From the human T2T-CHM13v2.0 reference genome, Homo sapiens, in assembly GCF_009914755.1 (NCBI RefSeq), contig NC_060939.1: a stretch of DNA of 64,000 nt. One strand, given 5' to 3'. The stretch's first letter is position 1, and every line of letters begins with the position of its first letter. A model generated the notes under the pieces. The model searched no databases and was not told the origin of the DNA. It saw only the letters and a program-made list of their open reading frames with translations. The position numbers and the translations under genes are program-made. Shown piece after piece: positions 12,771-26,680 of this stretch.

Positions 12771-15700
12771 CTCAAATGAAGAGCATTTTTATCAGCTAAA
12801 TAAACCTGGCTCTGTAATTGTGGATTCCAACCTCATATTCCTGTCTTGCCTTGTGTTTCAGAAAATATCTGAAGAGGTGCATAGGAATGTCATCCCTGGG
12901 CTATCACCAGCCATCAGGGCTGTGTTGGTATGCAAGCAGTCACATTGCCTCCCGATGCCCAGAACAAGGATGTTAACCGCACACTGGCTCCTGAAGCCAG
13001 AGAACATTCCCTTCAAGATGGCAGAGGAAAGGCGGGGGCAGTGGGGTCAGCTGGACATGCGTCACCCTACCGTGCTCAGGGAAGATGCTTCTGGCTTCCC
13101 CTGGGAGGCAGCTAGTGATGAGGGTCTCACAATGGAAAGGAAATGGAAATGTCTGTTCTTTGGGTTCAGCTCTCATGAGTCCACAGGTAGCACCGTTCAT
13201 CTGGAGAAGGCCTTCACTTGCACAATCCATGATCTGGAAGCTTCTGTGGCAAGGGGCCGATATACGTCTCCCTACTTATCCATTGAGGAGCAATAAGGGT
13301 TGTGACTCGGGTGTGCGTGAAGGAGAGAAGCTCCAGAGCCCTTGTCTCAGGTGGCTTCTGGCCTTCTGTTGGCAGAAACCATTGGTATTCTATTATTTCT
13401 GTTTTTAAAAGGGACCTTGAGAACGGAAATTTTCAAGTGTGTTTTGTAACCCTTAGCAAAAGGAGAGCAAACACCTTTATGAAATTCTGGCATGTGGTCC
13501 TTTTAACCTTTCCAGGCAGTGTACTGGTTCATGCAAACTAGTGCTATTCCCTTCTTAGGGATTGGGGTGCTGGGTTCTGTGGAAGCAGTCCCAGTGGTGA
13601 GCTGGAGCTTGGGTGAAAGGTACGTGTGTGTACATACACCACTTTGTTACATAGTGTTATTGCATTAATTCTGACTGTCCAAAGTGATTCATTTGATGAA
13701 GGCAGAAATGCAGAAAGGACAGTCACACACAAATCCCATCTTCCTGAGGTAACCTCTGTTTCCTTCCTGCAATTAGAGCTCTGGCATATGCATTTCATGT
13801 GTGCATTTGAGGGTGGGGCTCAGCCACTTGGTAGTCTGTTTTCTTCCCTGTCCACGTTCCCAGGGGCTGTTTATCAGCAGCTCACATTGGTGGTTCAGAA
13901 GAACATTCGAGAGAGACAGCTGGGCTGGCTCCGTGTGCTTACTCTCCCTCGTCTACCCCATCCAACAGATTGTGAAGCCTGGTTCCAGTAACCTTGGGGA
14001 TGACACCAAGGAGCGCTGAGCCCTCCACCCCGCATGTTGTGGTCTTGGGGGAGGGAGGCAGGTAGGACACAGAACAGGGTTCCTGCCCCAGTGGCTCCTC
14101 CCAGCTCTTGCTAGCCCTCCCTTGGCATCAGGCAGACCTAGGTAGCCTCAGGTCTTGGAGTCCCGTACAGAGCTGTTGCAGAGGGGGTCACTCCAACCTT
14201 GAAGCTTCTGGGGGCCTGGCCGTGGGATAGTGCAGAGTGTGGCACTGCTTTTCTTCCCGGCTGGTGTCCCTGGGGTCAGCTGCCTTAAGGTTAGGGCCCT
14301 GTTCTAGGTTAGGACAGGGAAGGGCTTAGGAAACAGGGCCAGCAGGATACAGGGAGGAAGGTGTGGGCACGGACATGCAGCGGGCAGGCCTGTGCCGGGA
14401 AGAGGGTGGGCTTTGTCTCCTGAGAAGAGGTGGCCCCCCAGAGCACTGGTCTCCCCACATGGCAGGCAGTGGGGCTCTGTTTCAGGCCCTCTCCAACGCA
14501 CTTAGGCTGCGACAAGCCTGAGCAGGATGTAGGGGGCTACTAGACCTGCGGGCAGGGCTGAGGGACAGGGCCCGGGGCTGCCAGGTCACCTGTTCTCTGC
14601 AAGAGGGTTTTTGAACACAAGGGCTTTCCCAAAGGGTAGGGGTAACTTGCTCCTAGTGGGCAAGACCGAGAGCCCCTGGTGGCTCCATGGGCCTGGGCTG
14701 CTGCAGGAGAGGTCTGGGGGCTTTCTAGCTCCTCCCTGGGGGTCTGGAGGTTCCTAGCAGAAGCCCCGGCACTGTTCACCTGTTTCAGAAAAAACAGACC
14801 GTTGTCTAATTTGTTGTTGTTGTTGTTTTGTCTCGGCTCCCTCAAAAACCAAAGGCGTTTTTTAGGCCCGTCGTCCAAATTACAAGCTCATTTTAATTCG
14901 CATGTATTTACTTTGTGAAACCAACCCTGAAGAATACATTGTTTCGTTATATTCTGCTGGAAACCTTGCCACATTTTTCCTGAGAAAACTGAGCCTGCTG
15001 TGCACCTGGAGCCGGCCAGGTGGCAGGTGCTGGGCCTGGAAGAGGAGCCTGCCGAGGCTCCTCCAGGGCTTCTGAGTGCCATTGTTTTGAGTGCGCTGCC
15101 TGGTAGCGCTGGGCCCTTCCAGGGAACTGCCTGGCTCCTTCCTCAGCTGCAGCCTCCTGCTGCAGGGGAGCTGGGGACCGTGGAGGTCCCCCACAGGTCC
15201 TCAGGCCCACATGCCCCCAGCCTGGGCAAGCCTGCCGTGAAATAGGCCTCGTAGAGCCTGGCTGTGGGGGCAGCAGGGGCCCCTGGGTGCAGAGGGTAGC
15301 CTCGCCGCACTGTGGGTGGGTGCCCCTGCTTGCTCCTCCTGGAACGTGAACGTGGGCAGCAGTGTTCCTGTTCCATGCTGGGGAGGGGCTGTGAGAATGT
15401 CTTTCTTCCCGGTGTAGCCTAGCCTCAGGCCCACCCTTCTGGGTGTGTTACCTTGGTGAGGTCACTTGGTTCCTCACCTCTGACAAGGGTTTCACATCAA
15501 CACTTTCCTGTCTTCCGGGTTGGTAGAGTCAGATGAGCCCAGTGCAGGCCAAAAGTAAAAGCTGCACCCCTGTAAAGAGTGTACATGCAGCTGTTTGTGC
15601 CATTGAGTGTCTGTAGCAGAGCTTAGCAGGGTGGGGTCCCTGCAGGCAAGGTCCCCCCCAGGAGACACAGAAGGAGAGGGCAGGGGGAGGAAATGAAGGC

Positions 15701-16699
15701 TGGGGGAGGGGAGACACAGGAAGAGGAAGTGGGCCACGATGGTTGCCAAAGGCTCTGCAGACAGGGGCCCCTCCCTCAGTTGCCTAGAGAGCCGGCTGGG
15801 AGCACGGGCACCTGGGGTGCAGAGCTGGGGCTGGCTGTGCAGGTGCTTGTTCGTGTCAAGAAGCAGTTGGACTTCTCTGTGAGATTCTGCAGATCTCCCC
15901 TGTGACTGTCAAGGCTGGTGCCCCCCACCCCCCACCCCAGACGTCACAGCCAGAGGCAGGCCCAAGAGGCCTTTCCATACTGTGTCCCTTTCCCTACCCA
16001 CCACGTGCTCTGCCCTCTTTCTTCCCTCCCTCCCTCCTTCCTTTTCTCTTGGTGCAAGAGAAAACCCTTTCCCAGTAGTCCACAGATTCCCTGGTTCCTA
16101 CTCCTCATGAGCCCCTACAGTGGCACTTGGGATCTGCATCCTAGTGGCTGGATGGACTTGGCTCTCCTAGCTGCCATCCACCTGGGCTAATTTTCAGCCC
16201 ACAGTGGTGTCACAAAGTGGTCTTATGGCAGGAGTGTGGTATTCAGGAGCCTGAAGGGGGCTTCTGACGTGGAATTACAACTCTGGAACTGCTTCTGTTT
16301 AAATCCTTTGCTGAATATTTGTCACCCATAGCCTTTTAGGTCTGACCCGTTCTAAACTGCTGGGCCTATCAAACAATTTATCAGGGAGGGCCCTTCTCCA
16401 ATAGGACAGTTTGCAGCGTGACCCAGGGGCTCTAAAGCCCTGGAGCCCTGCCCTGGGAGCATCTCCTACAAAGCTAGATTGGACTTTATTGCTATTTTTG
16501 AGTTTCTCATCCTGGAAGCCACTGCCCAGCACATTCTGAGGAGAATCTGCCTGGGCGACCATTGTTATTTTAAGAGAGCTCTTGGGGTAATATGAGGAAC
16601 TGTGCTTTGAAATAGGGAATACAGAATGGGGCCAGTAATGTGCCCAGAGTGTTGAATGTCTGATTTTTAAATTGGCATTATTGATGGCTAGCATTTTCT

Positions 16700-18370
<1,671 letters not shown>

Positions 18371-20009
18371 CGCAAGCATTGTAGAAATGTGGAGCCACAC
18401 ATTTGCCCAAGGAGGATTCTCTCACTGAAGCAGTGTTGCCTCCGACACTGTGGCAGCCTCCAGCCAGGCTTCAGCACCCTGCCAGCTCTTGCATGTGAAG
18501 AGTGGATAGTAGTGTGTGATCAGCGGCACTAGACCAGAGCGCCTGGGACAGGGCACACCTGCCCCCCATGTCTCTTTCACTACTGGGCGGCTCACAAACA
18601 TGCTTCCCGGGGCCCCTTGGCCCATAGGTGATAACATTGTTATCTCCTCCAAGCACCACTGTGCAGCAGGCATGTGCCCCACGTATTCTCCCACTTAACC
18701 CTCACAGTGACTGAGAAACAGGCTGGATGACAATCCCTGAGGCATCAACAAAGGAGTGGAGGTAGAGCAGGCTGCTTCCTTGCCCCAGGCAGGTTCCAGC
18801 TGCGGCTCTAGCTCTGGCGCCAGCCAGCTGAATGACAGCTCACTCTCTCCTCCTGGGCCTCACTTCCCTTACCTGCTCAGTGGGTGGGTAAGAGCTTCCA
18901 ACCTGGACTTCCTGCGAAGCCATGTGCATGTCAGCTCCATGTGGCTTAATAAACCACTAACATTTCTAGAGACGAGCAGGACAGTCAAATGGCCTCCTAA
19001 GGAGTTAGGAAGTCCACCCCCCACCACAGAGGCCAGGCCTTTCTGCTACCCCTGAGGCTGTATGCCTGAGTTTCATTGGAGGCCAGCAGTTGATCAGCCC
19101 CTGTGTTTGGCCATGCCGACCTGCTCCAGAACAGGAGGGTGAACAGTCTTACTGGAGTGAAAAACATTGCAGTCTTGAGGTTGGGAGCTAGAAGTGGCCC
19201 CAAACCAGTGCCCACAGGGCAGAGCTGTCCATCAGTGAATGACAGCCCACTCACTGGTGGGGAATACCTGGAGACTGGGGACAGTGGCCTGGGAGCCTGA
19301 GGGCAAGCAATTTCTCTTTGGAAGCCTCTCCCTGTGCCTCCCTTTGAGTCTGACCAGCGCTGCCCCTGCCATTGCCTCCAGATACACACCCACATGGACC
19401 CTTGCGCTCCAGAGGTCTGTTGTATCCAAGACATCCCTGTGAGGGTGATGGCTCATTTGCCTTTCCAGGACCTCCCGGTAGGAGTTGCATTTCTTCCCTT
19501 CTCCCTTCCATGAAGGGGAGCTCAGCGAGGCTTCCTAGAGAAGACCCAGCAGGAGGCCGGCAGAAGAGGCCCTTGCGGCAGACGCTGCTCTGGCCCCAGC
19601 TTGGTACCGGGCATTGGAAACATTGCAAAAATGACCACTCAACAGGCTTCCCACAGGAGGTTCGCAGACAGAAAGATCTGCAGTGTGGTTTATACAGGTG
19701 CAGCTGGAGCCGGGTGGGGTGGGGGGGCCCACTCACCTGTGGGGGGTTGGGGGGGAGTTTGGCTAAGGCTGGATTGCAGGAGATAACTTGGAGCGTGCCC
19801 TTTGCGCAGGAGGGCAGAGCAGAGTGGAGTCCATGCCACAGCCCGAGTCTGAGCTCAGGCTTTGAGCTGGAGCACGCACACTCCTGAGCTGGCTGCATTT
19901 GCATGTGGCTGCTGTGGGGGAGAGGGGAGGGCCTGGGACTTGGGTGTTGAGGCGGATTGGGGGCTCAGCTGAAGGAGAGAGAGCCCCTGCGCCCCCCTTC
20001 CGGCTGGCT

Positions 20010-20170
20010 CTCTGAGAGAACACGTTGTCCCCGCCTGGGCCTGCGGCTTGGGCAAGAGCAGCATGTGGGACGCTGTGTTCCCTGATAAGATGAGGCAATT
20101 GCTCTCACTCGGGGCGCTGCTCCGCTCGCGGCCTCGCTGTGGCGCCAGGGAACATTTATGTAACGCGCAG
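20010..20170. promoter_or_regulatory. Candidate intronic enhancer (GRE, E'-box, GATA, C/EBP-like, D-box)
   Basis: AGAACAcgtTGTCCC 20017-20031; GGGACGctgTGTTCC 20067-20081; TGATAA 20083-20088; TGAGGCAAT 20091-20099; TTATGTAA 20156-20163; locally CpG-rich. Confidence 0.55.
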
Positions 20171-20835
20171 CCCTGAGCAGCTGCCCCGCCCAACCATACT
20201 CCAATCCCCACCCACCCCACTCTCCCCGCAACTGCATGCGGTCCCCTACCCTGCATCACCCGGCCATGCAGCCTGGTACCCGAAGAGTCCCCCACTGCTT
20301 GGCACCTGTAGGACCCCCAAACCCCAGCATGGCTTAGCCCCTCTCCCAGCTCCCCACAGTTCCCCCAACCCTCCTACAGCCTCCCTTCAGGGCTCCAGGG
20401 CACCTAGTGCCCCTCCAGGCTTGACCCCAGCCCCCTTCCTCTCACCAAGTCTTCTCACAAGGCCTAACCCCGCCTTGTCCCACGGCCCCCACCCCATGCA
20501 CAGGCACAGGCACACATAGCCAGAACCCCTGGGGCCCTCCCACCTGGGGAGCTGGAGTGACTCTGAGATCCGGCAGGAAGGCTAGGAGCTCCTCTGCAGG
20601 AGTCTGGAATCTCCTACTGGTTCTCTTGTCATTTTGGAGCTAGAGGGAGCTCCTGTCCTGGTGAGTCCCTGTCTTGCTGTTGCTGTCTGTGTACCCCATG
20701 CCCGGGTGGAGGCAGATGCAGGGTTTGAGCCCAGCAAGGAGGGTGCTTGGATTTGTTTAGGCCATTGGGCTCCCTTTGCCTTAGAATGGGAGGCGGGCTC
20801 ACTCCCTGAAGGGCCGGGCCTGGCTGGCCCCTCAC

Positions 20836-20885
20836 CTCACTGTGTGCCCCCCTGTGCTCACTGTGTGCCCCCCTGTGCTCACTGT
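20836..20885 (+). repeat. 21-bp tandem repeat, ~2.4 copies (CTCACTGTGTGCCCCCCTGTG)
   Basis: Two exact copies at 20836-20856 and 20857-20877, plus a partial third. Confidence 0.9.
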
Positions 20886-20927
20886 ACTCGGCTGCACGCA
20901 GCCCCGCCTGGAGTCTGTCCCCATAAC

Positions 20928-21190
20928 AGCAGTTTTTAGAGTGAAGCTTGAGGACACTCGCAGGTGCCTCAGACCCTTCAGAGGGGCCATGAGATCAAAA
21001 CTGTTTTCATAACAATAGCACTGTTTGCCTCATTCTCCCAAAAGAGTACAGTAGGCTATTGCAGATGCTACAGGATGTGTGACAGCACCACGACGACTGG
21101 AATGCGTGCTTGGGTTGAAGACCTTTTTTCCATTTTAATTTGTAATTTCTAATACGATGAAAGCAGTGGCTCCCGCCCACATACAGGAAA
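20928..21190. mobile_element. hAT-Charlie-type DNA transposon remnant
   Basis: agacccttcagaggggccatgagatcaaaactgttttcataacaata...gagtacagtagg...ctacaggatgtgtga resembles a Charlie terminal region. Confidence 0.55.
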
Positions 21191-21979
21191 GCTCCTGGGG
21201 CTCCCTGCGGATCATGTGGGTGAAAGTGGCCTGGGGCATGTTGCTCCCTGTTCCCGCCTCCACCCGTTCTCCCTTCTCTGGGCTGCTCCTTGTCAGCCTC
21301 CTGGGTGCTGCCTGAGTGTCACTACCAGGGGACCCAGCCAGACCCAGTGTTGCTCCTTGCTAGCCTGAGCCATAACTCCTGTTGTGGGCCAGTTCATTGG
21401 CCGTCACCTCTCTGCAGCAGGCTGAGGGAGGAGCAGAGAATGGAGCCGTGGGGGCCGCGTCTGCCTGGGTCAGGACCATGTCTCTGGGCCAGGCACCCAG
21501 TATGTGCCCTGTCAAAGCATAAAGCTCCTGATATATAGGGAGGCCAAGAGCTGTGCTGGTGGAGTGGCTGCACCCAACACCCACCTTCCTCCACTCCAGG
21601 CTGCCTGGCACCAACGTCCCATCCATTGGATGCTGCATTTCTCTGCGGCCCCAACACCATGTGGTCCACCTGTAGCTCTGTGTACCTCACATGCTTCCCC
21701 AGCCTGCAGGCAGAAGAAGCTAAAGGACAAGGCTCCTCACAAGGGCTATTAGGAAGCAAGGCTGAGTCTGAATTTGGGTTGGCTTCCCCCCACACCAACA
21801 GGCCCAAATCAGAGGAGACCCAGTTGACAGGGCTAATGACTAAGAGCAACAATAACAGCTGAGATTTCAGGAGTGGACCTTTGGAACGTGCCAGGCGCTG
21901 TGCTGAGGCCGGTCGTGCGCAGCCCCATGGGATCACTGTATGGACCCCCCGCATGAGGACGGGGCAGTGTGCTCACTTC

Positions 21980-22341
21980 CTGTGGCTGCTGTCACACATT
22001 ACCGCAAACTGGGTGGCTGAAAAGCAACCGAAACTTACTCTCTCACAGTTCCAGAAATCAAGGTGTTGGCAGGGTTAATTCCTTCCAGAGGCTCTGAGGG
22101 AGAATCCACTCCATACCTCCCCTTCCTTCCCCTGCCCCCTTTCTCCCCCTTCTCACTTGCTCCCTTCCCCGTCTCCCTCACTCCCCTCCCCTCTTCTCCA
22201 TGCTCCACACTTGGGAGCTCATCTCCAGATCCTGACCTGATTACATCTGCAAAGACCCTTTTTCCAGATAAGATCACATGCACAGGTTCTGGAGGGTTAT
22301 CACTTGGCTATATCTTTTGGGGGACCATTATCTGCCCTACT
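21980..22341 (-). mobile_element. MaLR LTR (MLT1B/C/D-like)
   Basis: ggctgctgtcacacattaccgcaaactgggtggctg...attacatctgcaaagaccctttttccagataagatcacat. Confidence 0.75.
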
Positions 22342-22699
22342 GCTGGCAGCACGGAGCTTTTTCGAGGCCATAGCGTCACAACTCAGGGCAAACAGGGTCT
22401 GAACCTCATCTGTCAGACCTGACATGGTTAATGCTAAACCATTTAATGCTGGACTTTCCCAAGCTTTTAATGACTAGTGTGCGTTGTGAATCTCCAAGAG
22501 TGGAATTATCATGCAACATTTTCACTCTTTAGTTGACAAAATTTTTTTTCTGGAAACGATAAACAGTTTTATACAATGATAACATTTCTTTGAACATGTT
22601 TTGGGAAATATTGGACTAGATATTTAAGGAACTATATTTAAACACTTCTTCTTCTTGTTATGGAAGAAACAAATACATAGGATTTTTTTAAAAGGCCCA

Positions 22700-22944
22700 A
22701 GCCAGGCGTGTGGCTCATACCTGTAATCCCAGCACTTTGGGAGGCTGAGGAAGACAGATCACTTGAGGTCAGGAGTTCAAGACCAGCCTAGCCAACATGG
22801 TGAAACTCTGTCTCTACTAAAAATATAAAAACTAGCCGAGCGTGGGTAGGCGCCTGTAATCCCAGCTAGTCGAGAGGCTGAGGCAGAAGAATCACTTGAA
22901 CCTGGGAGGTGGAGGCTGCAGTGACAGAGCAAGACTCTATCTCA
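22700..22944 (+). mobile_element. Alu with right-arm internal deletion
   Basis: Alu dimer in which GCAGTGA is joined directly to CAGAGCAAGACTC. Confidence 0.95.
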
Positions 22945-22947
22945 GAT

Positions 22948-22989
22948 TAGATAGATAGATAGATAGATAGATAGGTAGATAGATAGATA
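22948..22989 (+). repeat. (TAGA)n tetranucleotide microsatellite in place of the Alu tail
   Basis: About 10 TAGA units with one TAGG interruption. Confidence 0.95.
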
Positions 22990-24498
22990 CCCATAACACA
23001 GAGGAGCTTGCAACAAAAAAAATCCTCTCACCAGTCCAGCCCCACTCCCTAGACAGCAACACTTCTTTTCTGATTTTAGTTGTCTTGATGGTTACTGCCA
23101 TAAATGAACTGTATTTTACTGCTGTTTCTTGATTTATCAAATTTAGATATTTTCTGTTATCCTCCTGCCATGAAATTTAAGGATTTACCTGACTCCTATC
23201 CCTCCCCTCCAACTCTTCCTAAATTGATGGATGTATTATTTTACTTATTTTGTTGACTATCTTTGTAATTTTAAATCTCTGTGTTTCATTTAGATACGTT
23301 CTTTGCACACTGTGTGCATTCCAACTTTTCCCTTAAATCCATGTTCTCTGCTGGGCCCACAGGTCAGTTGTATGGCCTTTGTTTATAGGATTGGTTCTGA
23401 AACATTGACAACTAGTGCTAAGGTTAGCATGACCACAACTGTGTAAAGTTTGCTTCCATCAGCAGGGCCTGTGCTGGGATTACATTTCCTGCCACCACCT
23501 CATGGAGTTGTTGTGAAGAATAAATAATAGAGCATAGGAAAAACCCCTAGAACCGAGCTTGGCTTGGAGCTCTTGACCCATAATCATGAGGCATTTTCGT
23601 TTACATCTAATTTGAACCACAATTTTTTTGTATGTCTTTTATTTTTCCTGGAGTTTCTAATTGCCTCTTTTTTCTTTTAAACAAAGAAGAGTGGTGTGTC
23701 TTTACTGGGTCCTGAAGTTTACCCAGCCTTTTGATGGTACTCTCTGGTGCACAAAACTCACTTTCCTCCTGGAATTTTCCCCCGTGAGTCTTGGTCCTGT
23801 GCTCCAGTGACCTCCCGGGGTCTCTGCCTCACTCTTGTCATGCAATGGCCCTTTACTATTCAGTCATGTCTCTAGCTCCTTGGTTTTATCTCATTTTAGC
23901 TGGAGTGTGTGAGACATTAACTTGGAAGGCCCTGTTCCTTTGTCTTCAGGATCCAGTGTGACTTAGGAAAAGTCTGATGTCTATCCCAGCCTTGTTCCTT
24001 TGTGGATGACCTGGTGTTTGTTTCTTCCCCCTCTCTCTATTAAGCTGTGAGAGCTCCTGTTTTTACTCAGTGTTCTGACATTGCAGAGCTTCTCGCAGCA
24101 GAGGTCTTAACTCATTTACCTGGTCCACCTCTGTGCAGCCTGTCTCATGTTAGTTTCCTGTCTCCTTTTTCTTTTTTTTTTTTTTTTTTTTTTACTCTTT
24201 GACAGAGACTGTTCTATTATTTCTTTTGTAATTTCTTCTCCATGTTTTCTGTTTTCTCACTTGATTGTAATTGTCGTGTATTTGGGAAATCGTGGTGGCT
24301 ACTTGATTTTGAATCCCCCCAACACCCTTTCCCCCAACATGTAAAATCAATAAAGAGAGCAAGTGTACCCACACACGGCCCCTGCTTCAGCAGTACCAGG
24401 AGACGGAACATCGTGACATCCACATATTTTCCAGAACTGTTTTTTGGTTCTTTTTTTCTCATATATTTGCTTTGAGTATATTTCCAGCTTTTATATGA

Positions 24499-25074
<576 letters not shown>

Positions 25075-26136
25075 TAAGGTGGGTGGGTGAGTGGGTTTCC
25101 TCTGTTGAACATGGGTAGACCAGCTTCAGTGACTGGCAGTCACTTTAGGGTCTGTATGGGGGTGAGAGGGGATGAGACCGTGTAGGAAGGGCAGCCCTGC
25201 GGCCACCCCTAATACAAGAAGGGCTCGTTTCTGGGGTGCCAGAGCCCCCCACCCTGGTTCTTCCTGAGCAGTTGATGTCATTTTTGTGATTGAGAGTTTT
25301 GTGTGTTGAGTTTGCCTGGGTAAATGCTGGCCTGTCTCCCGCTCCGAGTGAGGGATGGGAAGGAGGGAGCAGCATCCTGACCGTAGCCAACCTTCATTAC
25401 CTCCCACCCCACTGTGTTCTGCCTCCTCCCTACCGGCACAGGCCCCTATAATGGGGTGCTCTGGGTTGCTGCCCTTGTCTGTCACCACACTTGGGTCTGC
25501 AAGAGGCTGTTTCATTCTCCTGCTCTGCCAGCCGTCCCTGGTTGGTCACTTTGGGACTTTTGTGAGAGAAGGAGCAGCAGACTGGTTGTAGAATTCCAGG
25601 CCCCGGAACTCACCTACGCTGACCCTCTCATGTGACAGACTAGACTGAGGAGGGTCAGAATGGGAATTGCCTTCCTGCCCTGCAGGGGTGCAGAGTGTGG
25701 CTCCCATGGAGCAGCATGGGCGGCTGGACTCCGGGAGGCCTGTGAAGCCAGGGCATGGGCCTGCAACCCCCAGGCGTTGGAGACCACTGGCCCGGCATGG
25801 GTGTGTAGTGCAGCCTGCTTTGTGGTGTACTTAGGGGGTCCACTGCCAGGAGCCTGGGGCCCTGACCTGTACCTACCCATGGGCCCTGCAGCTTCAGCAC
25901 CTGAAATGCTGTTTTATCCTAGGCCGTGTCCTCTGCCTCCATCCCAGGCGTGGGCGGGAGGGCAGGGGCCCACCTTCATCTCTGCCTTGATGGATTTGTC
26001 ACAGAAGCTCTTGGAGGTGGGGCATGTGGGAGGGGTGTTGAGAGACCAGGGTGTTGGGTGTTGCGGGCCCTTCCCCAGAGAGGGTGTGAAGGCGGGGCCA
26101 GGTGCGGATACTGATGCTCTGCCCCTGTGCCCACAG

Positions 26137-26426
26137 GTGAGAGGCCCTTCGCCTGCAGCTGGCAGGACTGCAACAAGAAGTTCGCGCGCTCCGACGAGCT
26201 GGCGCGGCACTACCGCACACACACGGGCGAGAAGAAGTTCAGCTGCCCCATCTGCGAGAAGCGCTTCATGCGCAGCGACCACCTGACCAAGCACGCGCGC
26301 CGCCACGCCAACTTCCACCCGGGAATGCTGCAGCGGCGCGGCGGGGGCTCGCGGACCGGCTCCCTCAGCGACTACAGCCGCTCCGACGCCAGCAGCCCCA
26401 CCATCAGCCCGGCCAGCTCGCCCTGA
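26137..26426 (+). CDS. KLF13: Terminal coding exon of Kruppel-like factor 13 (linker, ZF2, ZF3 and C-terminal Ser/Pro tail); partial CDS, N-terminal exon lies upstream of the window
   Basis: Translation (G)[56 protein letters not shown]...[10 protein letters not shown]. This has the SP/KLF recognition helices RSDELARH and RSDHLTKH and a C-terminus I recognise as KLF13. Pyrimidine-rich acceptor ctctgcccctgtgcccacAG (AG 26135-26136), phase-1 entry, strongly GC3/CpG-rich codons, TGA at 26424-26426. Confidence 0.96.
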
Positions 26427-26672
26427 GCCCGCCACAGCCATGAGCAGCCGCTCCCACCCCCTCGTGAGTCCCTGGCCTTTCCTTTTGTAATAAGAAAGAA
26501 GAGAGAGAACTTGATGCAAAGTCCACGAAAAAACAATTTTTTTCACCTCAGGTGTCAAAGTAAATTTGTTAAAAAAACAAAAAAAACACAAAAATTTCAA
26601 AAAACACCACCCACCAAATTGCACAATAGATACACCCACAAAGTTGAGATTCAGCGTTGTTGAACCCCCTTT

Positions 26673-26680
26673 CTCAGGGA
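26673..26680 (+). promoter_or_regulatory. miR-125 8mer seed match (CTCAGGGA); additional 7mer-m8 matches at 28042-28048 and 31163-31169
   Basis: Exact complement of the miR-125 seed CCCUGAG plus A1. KLF13 is, from recall, a reported miR-125a target. Confidence 0.65.

Noticed and set aside
12820-13296. 158-aa ORF with an acceptor-like gtgtttcAG at ~12861
   Set aside because: No homology and no convincing paired donor; a cryptic exon cannot be supported from sequence alone.
26127-26136. ORF-track start 'MPTG' for the zinc-finger ORF
   Set aside because: The GTG lies in the intron's acceptor region; the real frame enters by splicing at 26137.
25660-26286. 208-aa ORF running from the intron into an alternative frame of the exon
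   Set aside because: Crosses the splice acceptor, has GC-driven low-complexity composition and no recognisable homology.
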